Shown here: piece by piece, positions 62,735 to 64,000 of the stretch
Numbering within the stretch: the first letter of the stretch is position 1
How the letters are laid out: each line of letters begins with the position of its first letter
NCBI GenBank assembly: GCA_041746575.1
Contig: JBGTGT010000022.1
Span: 9,991-73,990 of the forward strand
DNA length: 64,000 bases
Origin: Microcystaceae cyanobacterium
Lineage (GTDB): Bacteria > Cyanobacteriota > Cyanobacteriia > Cyanobacteriales > Microcystaceae
Reading direction: 5' to 3'
Position numbers and translations under genes: made by a program
The notes under the pieces: generated by a model
Databases searched by the model: none
The model's input: the letters and a program-made list of their open reading frames with translations, nothing else
Told to the model about the DNA's origin: nothing

Positions 62735-64000
62735 ATGCAATATCCTAGCCGTTCAGACTATCTTAATGCCATTCGCTATCCCCAATTCGCTTTTCAAAAA
62801 AAACATCAATTGGGTCAACTTAAACAAGATTTAGATGCTAGTTTAATGACAGGAAAGGCAGTAGAAAAAGTGACTCCAATGGGGACAAAAACCTTATGGT
62901 CGGCTTCTGGAAGTTGTGCGATTGTTTTTAAATATCAAACATTTTCTCCACCTAAACTTTGGGCAATTCGTTGTTTTCATCGCAGTTCTTTTGAAATTAT
63001 TAAACATTATCAAAAAGCTCTTAAACACTTAGAAAAAAGTTCTTGCCAGCAGTATTTTGTCGATTGCTTTCTTTTAGCGGAAGGCATTCAAGTTTTAGGA
63101 AAATATTATCCATTACTGAAGATGGAATGGGTAGAAGGAGAAAACTTAAAAAAATTTTTGAAGGCGAATTTACACAATACAATGCTTCTGCGAGAGCTAG
63201 CTGAGGTTTTTTATCAATTATCTCAGAATTTACTCAATTCAGGTATCGCCCACGGCGATTTGCAACATGGTAATTTGATCATTCATTCCCAAGGAAAGCA
63301 TTTATTTATTAAATTAATTGACTATGATAGTCTTTATTTTACCAAAGAATCCTATCAATTTGATGACAGTATTAAAGGGCTTTTTGATTACCAACATCCC
63401 CTAAGACAATTTCTCGAAAAACGCTGTTTAACCATTGATTTTTTTCCTCAATTAGTTATTTACTTATCTATTTTATCTTTAGCCGAAAATCCTCGTCTTT
63501 GGCAGATGTATAATATTGACGAACGGGAAGGATTATTATTTAGCGGTACAGATTTTCAAAATCCTCGGTCTTCGGACATCTTTAAAACTTTATCTTCTCT
63601 TTCTGAACCGATACCAACTTTGGCTCATAAATTAAAAGCCGTTTGTCAACTACAGAACTTTGAAACCATTCCCTCTCTTCTTCAATTTTTGTCCAATGAA
63701 CCGATTATCTTATCTCAAAAAATAACGGTATTTAATAAAGTTCAATCCTCTTTAAATTCTGTACAAAGGCTTCCTATCAAATTAAGTTATGATTCGTTAA
63801 AACAAATTCAATCTCTAAAAACGCAATGGGAATCTCAACTGCAACAAACTCAACATCTTTTTGAACAACTTCATCAAAAAAGTATCTTCCCGTTACAAAC
63901 ACTTCCCCATCAATTCAGTAATACCTCTCTAAAACAAATTCAATCTCTAAAAACACAATGGGAATCTCAACTGCAACAAACTCAACATCTTTTTGAACGA
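62735..64000 (+). CDS. Protein kinase-like protein, truncated by window end (missing from ORF track)
   Basis: Hand translation MQYPSRSDY...ASGSCAIVF...AIRCF...MEWVEG...HGDLQHGN...LIDYDS...YQHP; open to 64000. Confidence 0.88.
   Translation, partial: MQYPSRSDYLNAIRYPQFAFQKKHQLGQLKQDLDASLMTGKAVEKVTPMGTKTLWSASGSCAIVFKYQTFSPPKLWAIRCFHRSSFEIIKHYQKALKHLEKSSCQQYFVDCFLLAEGIQVLGKYYPLLKMEWVEGENLKKFLKANLHNTMLLRELAEVFYQLSQNLLNSGIAHGDLQHGNLIIHSQGKHLFIKLIDYDSLYFTKESYQFDDSIKGLFDYQHPLRQFLEKRCLTIDFFPQLVIYLSILSLAENPRLWQMYNIDEREGLLFSGTDFQNPRSSDIFKTLSSLSEPIPTLAHKLKAVCQLQNFETIPSLLQFLSNEPIILSQKITVFNKVQSSLNSVQRLPIKLSYDSLKQIQSLKTQWESQLQQTQHLFEQLHQKSIFPLQTLPHQFSNTSLKQIQSLKTQWESQLQQTQHLFER
63798..63998 (+). repeat. 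Coding repeat in kinase tail (132-bp period)
   Basis: 69-bp block at 63798-63866 and 63930-63998 differing at one base; LKQIQSLKTQWESQLQQTQHLFE twice. Confidence 0.9.

Overview
Chromosomal window from a cyanobacterium, probably a unicellular Chroococcales type (inference from HIP1 GCGATCGC octamers throughout, petB/petD, psbX, ndhF1, ferredoxin-GOGAT, a BicA-type SulP transporter and PEP-CTERM proteins). The backbone is housekeeping: petBD, hisH, ppk2/pap, recQ, mutY, ftsH3, ispG, ndhF1, aas and glsF. Accessory material sits between these genes: (1) a non-autonomous IS1341-type TnpB element with recognisable ends, itself carrying two 45-nt structured mini-insertions, one in frame in tnpB; (2) a 150-bp MITE with a 6-bp target duplication; (3) a 100-bp IS6-type mini-element that truncates a DUF1772 gene; (4) a GtrA/GtrB/GT-C glycosylation cluster with an FAD oxidoreductase; (5) a cassette-like array in which two HicAB modules and a PEP-CTERM gene alternate with ~155-bp REP-derived repeats and HIP1-like junctions; (6) a metal-related island where a GC-rich DUF305 gene with attC-like flanks lies between the two halves of a broken DUF305 homolog; (7) a vWA-PP2C-kinase (TerY-P-like) triad running off the right edge. 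psbX and the final kinase are missing from the supplied ORF track. No CRISPR array, tRNA or rRNA was recognised. All calls are by-eye motif recognition; no database searches were run.
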